Of a DNA stretch of 64,000 bases, positions 9,585 through 20,187 are shown piece by piece. Origin of the DNA: Arenicellales bacterium (lineage in GTDB: Bacteria > Pseudomonadota > Gammaproteobacteria > Arenicellales > JAJDZL01); the NCBI GenBank assembly GCA_963662635.2, contig CAXXFC010000006.1, positions 104,932 through 168,931 on the forward strand, written 5' to 3'. The translations under genes were made by a program, and so were the position numbers. Numbering within the stretch: position 1 is the first letter of the stretch; each line of letters begins with the position of its first letter. The notes beneath the pieces were generated by a model that saw nothing but the letters and a program-made list of their open reading frames with translations, had not been told where the DNA came from and searched no databases.

Positions 9585-11042
9585 CTATATGCCAGCCATG
9601 CACAAGTATTTGATTTCGACAAACTCGTCCAGTCCATACTTCGATCCTTCGCGCCCGATTCCGGATTCCTTCATGCCTCCGAACGGTGCAACCTCGGTTG
9701 AGATGATTCCGGTATTGATACCGACAATTCCATATTCCAGCGACTCCGAAATTTTCCAGATCCTTCCGATGTCCCGACTGTACAGATAGGCTGCAAGTCC
9801 AAATTCGGTATCGTTTGCCATCGCTATCGCTTCCTCATCATTGTTGAATCGAAATAGCGGCGCGACTGGGCCGAATGTCTCTTCATTCGCAACATCCATG
9901 CCAACTTTGACATTGGTCAGTACCGTCGGTTGAAAAAATGTACCGCCCAGAGCATGACGCGCGCCACCGGCGGCAACCAAAGCTCCTTTTCCAACTGCAT
10001 CCGTTATATGCGCCTCCACCTTTTCCACCGCGGCAATATCAATCAATGGTCCCTGTTCGACACCCTCGCCAAATCCGTCTCCGACTTTCATGCCGTTCAC
10101 CGCGGCACTCAATTTTTCTGAGAATTCATCATATACCTGATCATGCACAAGTACTCGATTTGCGCATACACAGGTTTGCCCGGAATTTCGATACTTCGAT
10201 TGCATCGCGCCGACGACCGCCGCATCGATGTCGGCATCCTCAAACACAATGAACGGTGCGTTACCACCCAATTCCAAGGAAATTTTCTTGACAGTACCCG
10301 CACACTGCTCCATCAGTTTCTTTCCGATCTCAGTTGATCCGGTAAAGGTCAGTTTCCTCACTTTTTCGTTCGATGTCAGTTCCGCGCCTATCGCAGAAGA
10401 AGATCCGGTAATCACATTGATCACGCCCGGTGGTATCCCGGCCCGTTCAGCCAATTCACAAAGAGCGAAGGCGGAATATGGTGTTGCACTGGCAGGTTTG
10501 ATCACGATTGTGCAACCGGCTGCGAGAGCTGGACCCGCTTTTCTTGTAATCATCGCGGACGGGAAATTCCACGGCGTGATCGCCGCGCACACACCAACCG
10601 GCTCCTTGATCACAACGATTCGGCGGTCTGGCAGATGACTGGGAATGACATCGCCATACATACGTTTGCCTTCTTCCGCAAACCACTCGAAAAACGATGC
10701 CGCGTATGCCACCTCACCGCGTGATTCCGTCATCGGTTTCCCCTGTTCTATCGTCATCAGGCTTGCCAGATCCTCTAGATTGTCCATCATCAGATCAGTC
10801 AATTTGCGCAACTTCACAGCGCGTTCCTTGGCTGTGGTTGAGCGCCACGATTGAAATGCAGTTTCCGCAGCGTCTATCGCTCTTGCGGTTTCTGTTTCAC
10901 CCATCTTGGGAACAGAACCGATAACACCTCCTGTTGCGGGATTTGTGACGGTGATGGTGTCGCCGCTATCAGCATCTACCCATTCACCATTGACGTAACA
11001 CTGGTTACGAAAAAGTCTCTTGTCTCGAATTTTTGCAATCAT
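9585..11042 (-). CDS. gabD: Succinate-semialdehyde dehydrogenase (NAD(P)+)
   Basis: 485-aa aldehyde dehydrogenase with FTGST.IGK, ELGGNAP and QTCVCANR catalytic-Cys region. The GabD-like N-terminus reads CYVNGEWVDADSGDTITVTNPATG. Confidence 0.9.
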   Translation of the reverse strand: MIAKIRDKRLFRNQCYVNGEWVDADSGDTITVTNPATGGVIGSVPKMGETETARAIDAAETAFQSWRSTTAKERAVKLRKLTDLMMDNLEDLASLMTIEQGKPMTESRGEVAYAASFFEWFAEEGKRMYGDVIPSHLPDRRIVVIKEPVGVCAAITPWNFPSAMITRKAGPALAAGCTIVIKPASATPYSAFALCELAERAGIPPGVINVITGSSSAIGAELTSNEKVRKLTFTGSTEIGKKLMEQCAGTVKKISLELGGNAPFIVFEDADIDAAVVGAMQSKYRNSGQTCVCANRVLVHDQVYDEFSEKLSAAVNGMKVGDGFGEGVEQGPLIDIAAVEKVEAHITDAVGKGALVAAGGARHALGGTFFQPTVLTNVKVGMDVANEETFGPVAPLFRFNNDEEAIAMANDTEFGLAAYLYSRDIGRIWKISESLEYGIVGINTGIISTEVAPFGGMKESGIGREGSKYGLDEFVEIKYLCMAGI

Positions 11043-11057
11043 GTATTCACCTGTCGA

Positions 11058-12245
11058 TTAGTTGAATGCAGGAATTCCGGTCTGGGATTTACCAAGAATC
11101 AATGCATGAATGTCATGTGTGCCCTCGTAAGTGTTGACAGCCTCAAGATTCATGCTGTGGCGTATGACGTGAAACTCATCACTCACACCGTTACCACCGT
11201 GAATATCCCTGGCTTCACGCGCAATCTGCAGCGCCTTGCCGGCACTATTTCGTTTAAGCAGACTGATCAGCTCGTGTGGTGCCCTTCCCTGTTCCATAAG
11301 TCGCCCGGCACGCAGGCAACCCTGAATCGCCAATGAAATTTCGGTTTGCATGTCTGCCAGCTTTTTCTGAATCAACTGGGTCGCACCGATAGGCCGTCCA
11401 AACTGCTTGCGGGCCATCGAATACTCAAGTGCCGCATGCCAACAGAACTCAGCAGCCCCGAGCGCTCCCCAACTGATTCCGTAACGCGCCATCGTCAGAC
11501 ACGCAAATGGGGCTTTTAGACCGATTGCATCCGGCAATACCATTTCATCAGGCACGAACACCTGATTCATTACTATGCTACCCGTTGACGATGCGCGAAG
11601 TGAGAATTTCCCTTCGATCGTGGGCGTCTCCAGACCTGAAGTGTCCCGCTCCAGCAGGAAGCCCCTTATAACGCCTTCGTCGTCTTTCGCCCAAACCAAA
11701 AGGAGATCCGCAATCGGAGCATTCGATATCCATGTTTTCTCCCCATTCAGCATGAAACCACCCTCTATTCGACGAGCTTTAGTCGTCATACTGCCGGGGT
11801 CCGACCCATGATCCGGTTCTGTTAGTCCAAAACAACCGATGATTCGTCCGCTTGCCAAATCCGGCAGAAACCGTTGACGTTGTGAATCGCTCCCAAACCT
11901 GTGGATTGGATACATTACCAGAGAGGACTGCACACTCAGAAAGGAACGATAACTACTATCCACACGCTCGATTTCTCTTGTAATCAACCCGTAACTGACA
12001 TAACTGAGTCCGGCACAGCCATAGCCATCAATGGTAGAACCCAATAACCCCAGCTCACCCATTTCGGAAGCGATAGCGCGATCAAAAATTTCGTTGCGAT
12101 TCGCTTCCACAATTCGTGGCATCAGCGCATCCTGTGCGTATCGCCTCACAGTATCCCGAATCATTCGCTCCGATTCGTCCAACTGCTCTTCCAGCAGAAA
12201 AGGATCCTGCCAGACAAATTCAGTTTTCGTTCTGCTCGTTTTCAT
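11058..12245 (-). CDS. gcdH: Glutaryl-CoA dehydrogenase
   Basis: 395-aa acyl-CoA dehydrogenase. The N-terminus [30 protein letters not shown] and the [13 protein letters not shown] motif are typical of GcdH. Confidence 0.8.
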   Translation of the reverse strand: MKTSRTKTEFVWQDPFLLEEQLDESERMIRDTVRRYAQDALMPRIVEANRNEIFDRAIASEMGELGLLGSTIDGYGCAGLSYVSYGLITREIERVDSSYRSFLSVQSSLVMYPIHRFGSDSQRQRFLPDLASGRIIGCFGLTEPDHGSDPGSMTTKARRIEGGFMLNGEKTWISNAPIADLLLVWAKDDEGVIRGFLLERDTSGLETPTIEGKFSLRASSTGSIVMNQVFVPDEMVLPDAIGLKAPFACLTMARYGISWGALGAAEFCWHAALEYSMARKQFGRPIGATQLIQKKLADMQTEISLAIQGCLRAGRLMEQGRAPHELISLLKRNSAGKALQIAREARDIHGGNGVSDEFHVIRHSMNLEAVNTYEGTHDIHALILGKSQTGIPAFN

Positions 12246-12275
12246 GCTTGTCTCCCTGACAATATTCAGGCCGCT

Positions 12276-15200
12276 TCAGGCTGCTTCAGGCCTTGTCTCG
12301 TCACTTCGTAAAGCACTCAACAGCTCTTCGATTCGACTCTGTGATGCCTCGACATGTTGCTTCTTGATGTGGCCATAACCTCGGATCAATTCGGGGAAAC
12401 TTGCCAATTCCACAGCGATCTGATGATTTTCAACATCAATGGACCGGATCAGCTCTTGCACGACATCCTCATAATCTGAGATCAACCTTCGCTCCATCTT
12501 TCGATCCTCTGATCTTCCGAAGGGATCAAACGGTGTTCCCCTCAAGAACCGCATACGCGATATGAACGCAAGTAATCCTTCCAACCAGGGGCCGAATGAC
12601 AACTTGGTAGGTAGACCTGTAAAATTGCTCTTTCTTGTCAGCAGTGGAGGTGCCATATGGAATTCAATTTTATATTCGCCCTCAAAACTGGTTTCAAGTT
12701 GTTCTCTGAATGTTCCATCGGTAAAAAGGCGCGCCACCTCATACTCATCCTTGTACGCGAGCAGTTTGTAGTAATATCGTCCGACGGCCAGAGCAAATCC
12801 ATTCATTCCGGGTGTACGTATTTTCTCCGCATCACATGCAGCCTTTACCAGTTTGCTATAGCGATTCGCATACGCTTCATCCTGATATTTGATCAACGAT
12901 TCAGACCGATGTCTGACCAGATCTTCTAACGACAGTTCAACCGGCTCTGCCGTCAATTCGAACTCATTTTTCAAATTTCCGATCTCACGATTCAGGTCAT
13001 CTTCTCTCGCTGCCAGGTGCCTGCCGCGATGAAGTGCGAGCTTGTTCATCTCAACCGATCGGCCGTTGAGCTCGATTGCCTTCTCCACCGCCTCCACGGG
13101 AATCGGAATCCAACCCCTCTGCAAGGCGACACCGACCATCATCATATTCGCTGCGATCGTATCGCCAAACAGTCGATCGGCGTATTGGTTGGCATTGAAA
13201 AATACAGCATTTTCGCTTCCGACGGCCTTCTCGATATTTCGTTTAAGTGCCGTACCCGGAAATTCCAGGTCACTGATTCTGGCGAATTCACCCGGCATCA
13301 TCTGATGGTCGTTGATTACCGCAGTGGTGTGGCCCTGTTCAGCTGTCGTCAATACTTTCTCACTCGCGGAGACCACAAGATCACCCCCAAGAATCAGATT
13401 GGCACCGCCGTTTGCGACATGCGTGGAAGAAATTTCTTCCGGACGATTTGCAATCACCAGATTGCTGACAACAGAACCCCCTTTCTGGGCCAATCCGGTC
13501 ATGTCAAGCACGGAACATCCAAGTTCAGCCAAATGTGCGGCCATCCCCAGGATTGCACCGACAGTAATCACGCCAGTTCCTCCCACACCTGTCACAACTA
13601 TGCAGTATTCCCCTTCGATCTCTGGAATGACGGGCGACGGCAAGTCCGCAGGGTCAAATGAATGCGAACTTTCCATTGCGGCAGACTTCCGCGGCTGCCC
13701 ACCGTGAATGGTAACGAAACTCGGACAGAACCCTTCGACACAGGAGTAATCCTTGTTACATGCAGACTGATCAATTCTTCGCTTGCGACCGAACCCGGTT
13801 TCGTGCGGCACAATCGCTACACAGTTGGACTGGACTCCGCAATCACCGCATCCCTCACAAACTTCGGTGTTGATGAATACCCGTTTTGGAGGATCTGGAT
13901 ACTCGCCGCGCTTTCTTCGCCTGCGCTTTTCTGCCGCACAGGTCTGATCGTATATGATGGCACTCACACCGGAATAATCCCTGAATTGTCTCTGGATCTG
14001 ATCCAGTTCGCCGCGATCGCTCACTCCGACACCGTCGGGCAATCGATTTCTGGAACGACAGCTGTCAACATCATCAGTGACTACAGCTACATGGTTCACA
14101 CCTTCCGCCAGCAACTGATTGGCGATCTGCGCGACAGTCAGCGGACCATCGAAAGGCTGACCACCCGTCATTGCCACTGCGTCGTTGTAGAGCAGCTTGA
14201 AGGTCATCGTGGTTTTCGAGGCAACCGCGGCTCGAATTGCAAGAAGCCCCGAGTGCAGATAGGTGCCATCCCCGACATTCTGAAAAACATGCTTGCGCTT
14301 GCTGAATCGGCTCTCTCCTATCCAACTGGCGCCTTCCCCGCCCATTTGCGTGAATCTTGCAGTGGAACGATCCATCCACTGCGCCATGTAATGACATCCA
14401 ATCCCGGCAAGTGCGATGCTGCCTTCGGGAACTTTGGTCGAGGTATTGTGTGGACAGCCGGCACAGAAGTACGGCACGCGTTGAATAGGCGCCAAATCGG
14501 GCTCTTGTTCAATCCTGGATGAGACAACTTCAGTCGATCGACTGAGATCTTCCGACGGAATGTGCATAAACACCTGCCGGCCAATCACCTCGGCAATCTG
14601 CATCGCATTGAGTCTGGCAGTCGACGGAAGAAGTGAACGACCTTCCCCATCCAATTTGCCCACCACCTCAGGTGCATTGGTACGTCTATAGAGGGCAGTC
14701 TTTATCTGATCCTCAATCAACCCACGCTTTTCCTCGACTACGATGATCTTTTTCAAGCCTTCGGCAAATTTTGATAGACCCTGTCGTTCCAGTGGCCAGC
14801 TCAATGCAATCTTGTAAAGACGAATGCCCAGTCTCGCTGCTTCATTCGAATCGATGTTCAGCTCTTTCAGTGCCCTGCGAACATCAGAATATGACTTTCC
14901 GGTTGTTACGATCCCCACCTTGGCATGTGCTGAGTCCATCACGATTCTGTCCAGGCTGTTCGCCCGCCAAAAAGCCTGGACTGCAGGCAGTTTGTATTCG
15001 TGAAGGCGCTGTTCCTGCTGCAGAGGTGTATCCGGCCACCTGATGTTCAAGCCACCGGGTGGGAGAATAATGTCGTGAGGAGTGGCAAAGCCAATTCGAT
15101 CTTTGTTCAGATCAATTGACGCAGTTGCCTCCACCGTATCGTGAACACATTTCAATCCAACCCAACACCCTGAATAACGGGAAAGCGCCCAACCGTAAAG

Positions 15201-15746
15201 ACCGAAATCCAAAATATCCTGCACGCTGGACGGATTGAGGATCGGAATCATCGCATCGACGAGCGCGAATTCGCTTTGATGTGCGGTGGTCGACGATTCG
15301 CATGCGTGATCGTCACCCATGGCAACCAAAACTCCACCGTATTTGGATGTACCTGCCAGATTGGCATGCCGCAGCGCATCGCCGGAACGATCTACTCCGG
15401 GTCCCTTGCCATACCAGATACAAAAAACACCGTCATACAGACCTGCACCGTCGAGTTCCGCCTGTTGGGTCCCCCAAATTGCTGTCGCAGCGAGATCCTC
15501 GTTGATTCCGGGCTGGAAAATGATATTGTGGGGCTCCAGAAACGACTTCGCCTGCCACAGCTGCATATCCAGCGCGCCGAGTGGTGAGCCCCGGTACCCG
15601 GAAATGTAACCTGCGGTATTGAGACCAGCAGCGGAATCGCGGTCAGACTGAAGCATCGGCAGCCGAACCAGAGTCTGAATTCCGGTTACGAAAATCCGCC
15701 CGGAATCCTTTTTGTACTTATCGTCTAAGGATACGTTTTCCAACAT
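12276..15746 (-). CDS. Indolepyruvate:ferredoxin oxidoreductase family protein (fused alpha/beta, 1156 aa)
   Basis: ThDP-binding region (GDGTYLHSG), a 4Fe-4S cluster segment (CEGCGDCGVQSNC...CNKDYSCVEGFCPSF) and a C-terminal IorB-like domain. Size and layout match the fused IOR family. Confidence 0.8.
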   Translation of the reverse strand: MLENVSLDDKYKKDSGRIFVTGIQTLVRLPMLQSDRDSAAGLNTAGYISGYRGSPLGALDMQLWQAKSFLEPHNIIFQPGINEDLAATAIWGTQQAELDGAGLYDGVFCIWYGKGPGVDRSGDALRHANLAGTSKYGGVLVAMGDDHACESSTTAHQSEFALVDAMIPILNPSSVQDILDFGLYGWALSRYSGCWVGLKCVHDTVEATASIDLNKDRIGFATPHDIILPPGGLNIRWPDTPLQQEQRLHEYKLPAVQAFWRANSLDRIVMDSAHAKVGIVTTGKSYSDVRRALKELNIDSNEAARLGIRLYKIALSWPLERQGLSKFAEGLKKIIVVEEKRGLIEDQIKTALYRRTNAPEVVGKLDGEGRSLLPSTARLNAMQIAEVIGRQVFMHIPSEDLSRSTEVVSSRIEQEPDLAPIQRVPYFCAGCPHNTSTKVPEGSIALAGIGCHYMAQWMDRSTARFTQMGGEGASWIGESRFSKRKHVFQNVGDGTYLHSGLLAIRAAVASKTTMTFKLLYNDAVAMTGGQPFDGPLTVAQIANQLLAEGVNHVAVVTDDVDSCRSRNRLPDGVGVSDRGELDQIQRQFRDYSGVSAIIYDQTCAAEKRRRRKRGEYPDPPKRVFINTEVCEGCGDCGVQSNCVAIVPHETGFGRKRRIDQSACNKDYSCVEGFCPSFVTIHGGQPRKSAAMESSHSFDPADLPSPVIPEIEGEYCIVVTGVGGTGVITVGAILGMAAHLAELGCSVLDMTGLAQKGGSVVSNLVIANRPEEISSTHVANGGANLILGGDLVVSASEKVLTTAEQGHTTAVINDHQMMPGEFARISDLEFPGTALKRNIEKAVGSENAVFFNANQYADRLFGDTIAANMMMVGVALQRGWIPIPVEAVEKAIELNGRSVEMNKLALHRGRHLAAREDDLNREIGNLKNEFELTAEPVELSLEDLVRHRSESLIKYQDEAYANRYSKLVKAACDAEKIRTPGMNGFALAVGRYYYKLLAYKDEYEVARLFTDGTFREQLETSFEGEYKIEFHMAPPLLTRKSNFTGLPTKLSFGPWLEGLLAFISRMRFLRGTPFDPFGRSEDRKMERRLISDYEDVVQELIRSIDVENHQIAVELASFPELIRGYGHIKKQHVEASQSRIEELLSALRSDETRPEAA

Positions 15747-15779
15747 CGTCCCAATTTGGCAACTAGTCCATTGTTGCCA

Positions 15780-16982
15780 TCATACTCCCCATCGAAAGAA
15801 GTCATCCCCTTCGTTCATATAGAATTTCGACAACACCATCTTATGTACTTCAGAGGCGCCATCTACCAGTCGAGACTGGCGTTGGTATCGATACATCCAT
15901 TGTAGAATTGTGTCCTTCGAATAGCCTTTCGCACCCAGCATCTGAATCGCAGTGTCGACCACATCATGAAGCGTGTCAGCGACAATGACCTTTGCTATTG
16001 AGACTTCCTTGCGAGCGTAGTCTCCCTGTGCCAGCTTCCATGCCGCATGCATTGTCAATAGTCGGCCAATGTGCACCTTGCTCGCAGCTTCGCCCAACAT
16101 CCATTGCACACCTTCATGTTCGGTCAGCAGTTTACCGAATGCCTTGCGGTCGCTGGCATACTCACCGGCGATTTCGAGTGCCCGACGACACAGTCCCAAC
16201 CAGCGCATGCAATGTGTGAGCCTGGCGGTTCCCAATCGCATCTGGACGACTTTCATACCGTCACCGACTTCCAGCAGTCTGTTCTCATCGGGAATCTCAA
16301 GCCCATCAAATTTCAGTTCGCAATGTCCACCGTGCTCTTCGGGACCCATGATCGGTACCCGCCTAATCAGTTCCCAACCCGGGTCGTCGCGGTCAAACAT
16401 AAATGCGGTCAGTCCCTTGCGAGGATGGTCAGACGTACGCGCCAACAGAATGAAATGTTGAGCGACTCCGGCACCGGTAATGAACCACTTGTGTCCATGT
16501 ATCCGCCATTTGTCACCGGATTTGGTAGCCGTAGTCAGCATCATTCCCAATGGATCTGATCCTGAGCCCGGCGCGGGCTCGGTCATCGCAAGCGCTGAGC
16601 GCACCTCGCCGTCGATAATCGGCTGCAGCCAGCGCTCCTTTTGAGCTGGTGTACCCAAACGCTCAAGAACGATCATATTGCCATCATCAGGTGCTGCGCT
16701 ATTGAATACAACAGGTCCGAATATCGAACGACCCATTTCCTCATAGCAGGCAGCCATACCCACCGTCGACAGCCCACCGCCACCCAAAGCTTTTGGCATC
16801 TGCAGACACCAGAGTCCCTCACTTCTGGCCTTTTCGCGCAGAGGCAGAAAATACTTATCCGCGATATTCTCACCTTCGTCATAGGCATCGGGGATCGATT
16901 CGACTGGAATGATGTGTGTGTTTACGAAGTGTCGGATTCTTTGCTGGTAATCCTTGACCTCATCGCTTATTTCAAAATCCAT
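15780..16982 (-). CDS. Acyl-CoA dehydrogenase family protein
   Basis: 400 aa, with MTEPAPGSGSDP and a C-terminal ACAD helical domain. Confidence 0.85.
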   Translation of the reverse strand: MDFEISDEVKDYQQRIRHFVNTHIIPVESIPDAYDEGENIADKYFLPLREKARSEGLWCLQMPKALGGGGLSTVGMAACYEEMGRSIFGPVVFNSAAPDDGNMIVLERLGTPAQKERWLQPIIDGEVRSALAMTEPAPGSGSDPLGMMLTTATKSGDKWRIHGHKWFITGAGVAQHFILLARTSDHPRKGLTAFMFDRDDPGWELIRRVPIMGPEEHGGHCELKFDGLEIPDENRLLEVGDGMKVVQMRLGTARLTHCMRWLGLCRRALEIAGEYASDRKAFGKLLTEHEGVQWMLGEAASKVHIGRLLTMHAAWKLAQGDYARKEVSIAKVIVADTLHDVVDTAIQMLGAKGYSKDTILQWMYRYQRQSRLVDGASEVHKMVLSKFYMNEGDDFFRWGV

Positions 16983-16998
16983 TGTTGCTATTCACTCT

Positions 16999-17787
16999 CT
17001 ACATTGAAGACTGCAGATGTCCTCCATCTACAACAATCGTACTGCCTGTCATATATGATGATGCGTCCGATGCCAAAAGCAACATCGCCCCATCCAGGTG
17101 TTCTGGCTGGCCAAATCGTTTCTGTGGAATTCGTTTGCGAGCCTTGTCACCCATAGGGGAGTTCAAATAGTCGCGATTGATATCCGTTTCCACATAACCG
17201 GGCGCGATGGCATTCACGCGAATATCGTATCGTGCCCATTCGTAAGCCAAAGCCCTAGTCAGATGATCCAATCCGGCTTTGGCTGCTGCATAGGGTGCGA
17301 CACCACCCATTACACGTATACCAAGTATGGACGCTATATTGATCAGCGACCCACCCTTTCCATCTTCCGACATGCAGCGTCCCGCCTGCTGTGCGACCAA
17401 CCACGCACCTTTCAGATTGGTGGAAATCACTTCATCCCAGTGCTGCTCGGTCACATCCAATGCATTTCCGCCCGAAGCTATACCCGCGTTGTTGATCACG
17501 ATATCAATTCGTGTACATCGCGCCATTGCATCTGAAAACGCAGTTTCGACACTTGCTCGATCGGTCACGTCCAATTGTAACCAACTTGCACTACCGCCAT
17601 TGGCTTGGATTTCGGTGACTGCCTTTTGCAGCTGTATGGTTCTTCGTGCTGTAAGTATCACCTGAGCGCCGGCCGCTGCCAGAGTGTGCGAGAAGTGATT
17701 TCCGATGCCGCTTGAAGCACCTGTAACCAATGCGGTTTTTCCAGACAGGTCAAATAGGGAATTCACATGAGTATTCATTGGCGGCAA
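16999..17787 (-). CDS. Short-chain dehydrogenase/reductase (SDR)
   Basis: TGASSGIG Rossmann motif, NNAG and YAAAK (YxxxK) catalytic motif. Confidence 0.9.
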   Translation of the reverse strand: MPPMNTHVNSLFDLSGKTALVTGASSGIGNHFSHTLAAAGAQVILTARRTIQLQKAVTEIQANGGSASWLQLDVTDRASVETAFSDAMARCTRIDIVINNAGIASGGNALDVTEQHWDEVISTNLKGAWLVAQQAGRCMSEDGKGGSLINIASILGIRVMGGVAPYAAAKAGLDHLTRALAYEWARYDIRVNAIAPGYVETDINRDYLNSPMGDKARKRIPQKRFGQPEHLDGAMLLLASDASSYMTGSTIVVDGGHLQSSM

Positions 17788-17791
17788 GTGA

Positions 17792-19471
17792 TTACCCCGT
17801 CATCGAATTCACGTATTTGTCTCGATCGATTCTGAGATCGACCAGCGACATTTCACCGTCGGAATCAGCCGCTTCAAAGGCTTGGACGAATTCATCATGT
17901 GTCGTTGCAACATAACCTCGTGCACCAAAACTCTGCGCGTAGGTGGAAAAGTCCGGATTAAGCAGGTCGGTGGCCATTACACGCCCCGGATAATGGGCTT
18001 CCTGGTGTTTGCGAATGGTTCCAAGAACCCCGTTGTTGATTACAACAAATGTAATGTCGAGTTCCAGCATTGCTGCGGTCGCCAACTCCTGACTTGTCAT
18101 CAAGAAACAACCATCGCCAGCGACGCAAACCACCTTTCTTTTCGGTGCGCACATTTTGGCTGCGATGGCGGCGGGCACGCTGTAGCCCATTGAACCCGTC
18201 GCTGGCGCCAGCTGCGTTCGATACATTGCGCCGTAGTAATAGTATCGGTGAAGTACACCACTGCTGATGCCTGACCCGCTGGCGATTATCGCGTCGTGAG
18301 GAAGATAATCCCTCAGCCACCTGATCGCCTGCTCGTTCAGAGTAACTGCACTCTCCGGAAGATGGGTTGAATGATCAACGAAATTACGACGACCGCGTTC
18401 AGTCCAATCGCACCATTGGTCACAATTTCTGATAGTGAGTTTCTGCAACCGTTCAAGGAATGACATGGATGATGAATTGACAGCGACACTCGGATAATAG
18501 ACTTTGCCCAGTTCGTCAATGTCTGCATGCACATGAAACAATTTCGCTCTCGGTAGGGGCGACTCAACCAAAGAATACTTCTGTGTCGGCAATTCCCCAA
18601 GACGTGCTCCAATGCATAGGATGTGGTCACACTTTCGCATCATCTCGACAAGTCCTGGGCCTGTACTGATACCAAGATCACCGATATAGTTCGGATGCCG
18701 GTTGTTGATGTAGTCCTGACATCGAAACTCCGCAACAACGGGCAGATTGTTTTGCTCGATGAATTCGGTCAGCTGAATTCGGCAAGTCTCGCTCCATCCC
18801 CCTCCTCCAACGATAACCAGCGGACGCTTTGCTGATTCCAGAAACGTCGCGACAAGTTCGGCGGAGTTTTCCGGTGCCTGTGCCTCATTCGGCACCGCCG
18901 CAGGAATATCGGCTACCTGTTGCTCAGTGAACAGCACATCTTCGGGGAAAATCAGTACAACAGGGCCTGGGCGGCCTGACATCGCGGTGTGCCACGCACG
19001 ACTGATATACTCGGGAATTCTCGAGGTGTCCTCGACCTGCGCCACCCATTTCGCCAAAGGGCGGAACATTGTTCGAAAATCGACTTCCTGAAACGCCTCC
19101 CGGTCTGAATAGCTGCGCTGTACCTGTCCTATCATCAGAACCATGGGGGTCGAATCCTGGTAAGCGATGTGCACACCGAGACAGGCATTGGTCGCCCCCG
19201 GTCCACGAGTGACAAAAGCCACGGCCGGACTACTGGTCATCTTACCCCACGCCTCTGCCATGATTGCCGCTCCACTTTCGTGCCTGCAAGTGACAGTCCG
19301 GATGCTGCTGTGATCGTACAACCCGTCCAGCGCGGGCAGGAATGACTCCCCGGCGACGCAGAATACCGCTTCAGTTCCCTGAGCAGCCAACTGATCGGCA
19401 AGAATCTTCCCACCATGTCTGCGCATTGTCTCGGTTGGAATGACAGAATAGGATTGATTTGACTGGTACAC
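17792..19471 (-). CDS. Thiamine-diphosphate-dependent enzyme (acetolactate synthase large-subunit-like)
   Basis: 559 aa with the three-domain ThDP layout. Shows GDGCFLM...NNG ThDP-binding motif and an N-terminal Pyr domain (VFCVAGESFLPALDGL). Confidence 0.85.
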   Translation of the reverse strand: MYQSNQSYSVIPTETMRRHGGKILADQLAAQGTEAVFCVAGESFLPALDGLYDHSSIRTVTCRHESGAAIMAEAWGKMTSSPAVAFVTRGPGATNACLGVHIAYQDSTPMVLMIGQVQRSYSDREAFQEVDFRTMFRPLAKWVAQVEDTSRIPEYISRAWHTAMSGRPGPVVLIFPEDVLFTEQQVADIPAAVPNEAQAPENSAELVATFLESAKRPLVIVGGGGWSETCRIQLTEFIEQNNLPVVAEFRCQDYINNRHPNYIGDLGISTGPGLVEMMRKCDHILCIGARLGELPTQKYSLVESPLPRAKLFHVHADIDELGKVYYPSVAVNSSSMSFLERLQKLTIRNCDQWCDWTERGRRNFVDHSTHLPESAVTLNEQAIRWLRDYLPHDAIIASGSGISSGVLHRYYYYGAMYRTQLAPATGSMGYSVPAAIAAKMCAPKRKVVCVAGDGCFLMTSQELATAAMLELDITFVVINNGVLGTIRKHQEAHYPGRVMATDLLNPDFSTYAQSFGARGYVATTHDEFVQAFEAADSDGEMSLVDLRIDRDKYVNSMTG

Positions 19472-19697
19472 TTTATCCCCAGACAGTTGCTTTCGTACCA
19501 GCCTATTTTATCCGTAATTTAATATGTGCGTATTCCTCACAGTGTTCCTCAGAATCGCATTAGAGACGTTCAAAATCAGAAAAAGCCCTGTTCAATAACG
19601 GTTTTGAAATAACGCCGAATTTTCTCAAGAGGTTTCCATTTGAGAACCATTGCTGATCACGTCTTAGTTCAGATACACATCTGATATACTTCGCACC

Positions 19698-19880
19698 ATG
19701 GCAATTATGCTTTCTAAAACTTACGATGCACTGATCGACGCCGGAGCTTCGAAGGAAATAGCTCGCGCAGCTGCAGAGGAAATTGCAAGTATGAAGAACC
19801 GGCTTGCACCGCTTGAAGTCTTGATCACTGTGATTCTTGCTGGAACGGTTACACTAGTAATCAAAGTATTCATCACTTGA
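19698..19880 (+). CDS. Small membrane-anchored protein (possibly DUF1640-like)
   Basis: 60 aa: an amphipathic N-terminus (TYDALIDAGASKEIARAAAEEIA) followed by one hydrophobic helix. The family assignment is a weak recollection only. Confidence 0.35.
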   Translation: MAIMLSKTYDALIDAGASKEIARAAAEEIASMKNRLAPLEVLITVILAGTVTLVIKVFIT

Positions 19881-19974
19881 TCGTAAGGATGAAGTCAATA
19901 GCTATGCTCAAGGTGAACTTTTGAATTTGACAGAAATTGATTTGGCAAGTTTTTGATTAATAATCTGTCAATTT

Positions 19975-20187
19975 ATGCAAACAATCAAGATCAGTTCAAA
20001 AGTTGACGAGGTCATCTGGAAAGATCTGAAAACACTTGCTAAAGAGCAGCATCGAAATATTTCCGACTTGCTGACCGAAGCGATTCGCGAGTATATAGCG
20101 CGCAAACGAGTCAGGGTCGAGATCAGGTCGCATTTGGAAACGTCTATTGAGCAAAATGACGAATTGCTAGAGTTGCTCTCTAAGTGA
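19975..20187 (+). CDS. Ribbon-helix-helix antitoxin (partner of decayed Doc)
   Basis: 70 aa. IKISSKVDEVIWKDLKTLAKEQHRNISDLLTEAIREYIARK fits an RHH fold. Its stop overlaps the GTG of the downstream doc remnant (GTGA). Confidence 0.65.
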   Translation: MQTIKISSKVDEVIWKDLKTLAKEQHRNISDLLTEAIREYIARKRVRVEIRSHLETSIEQNDELLELLSK

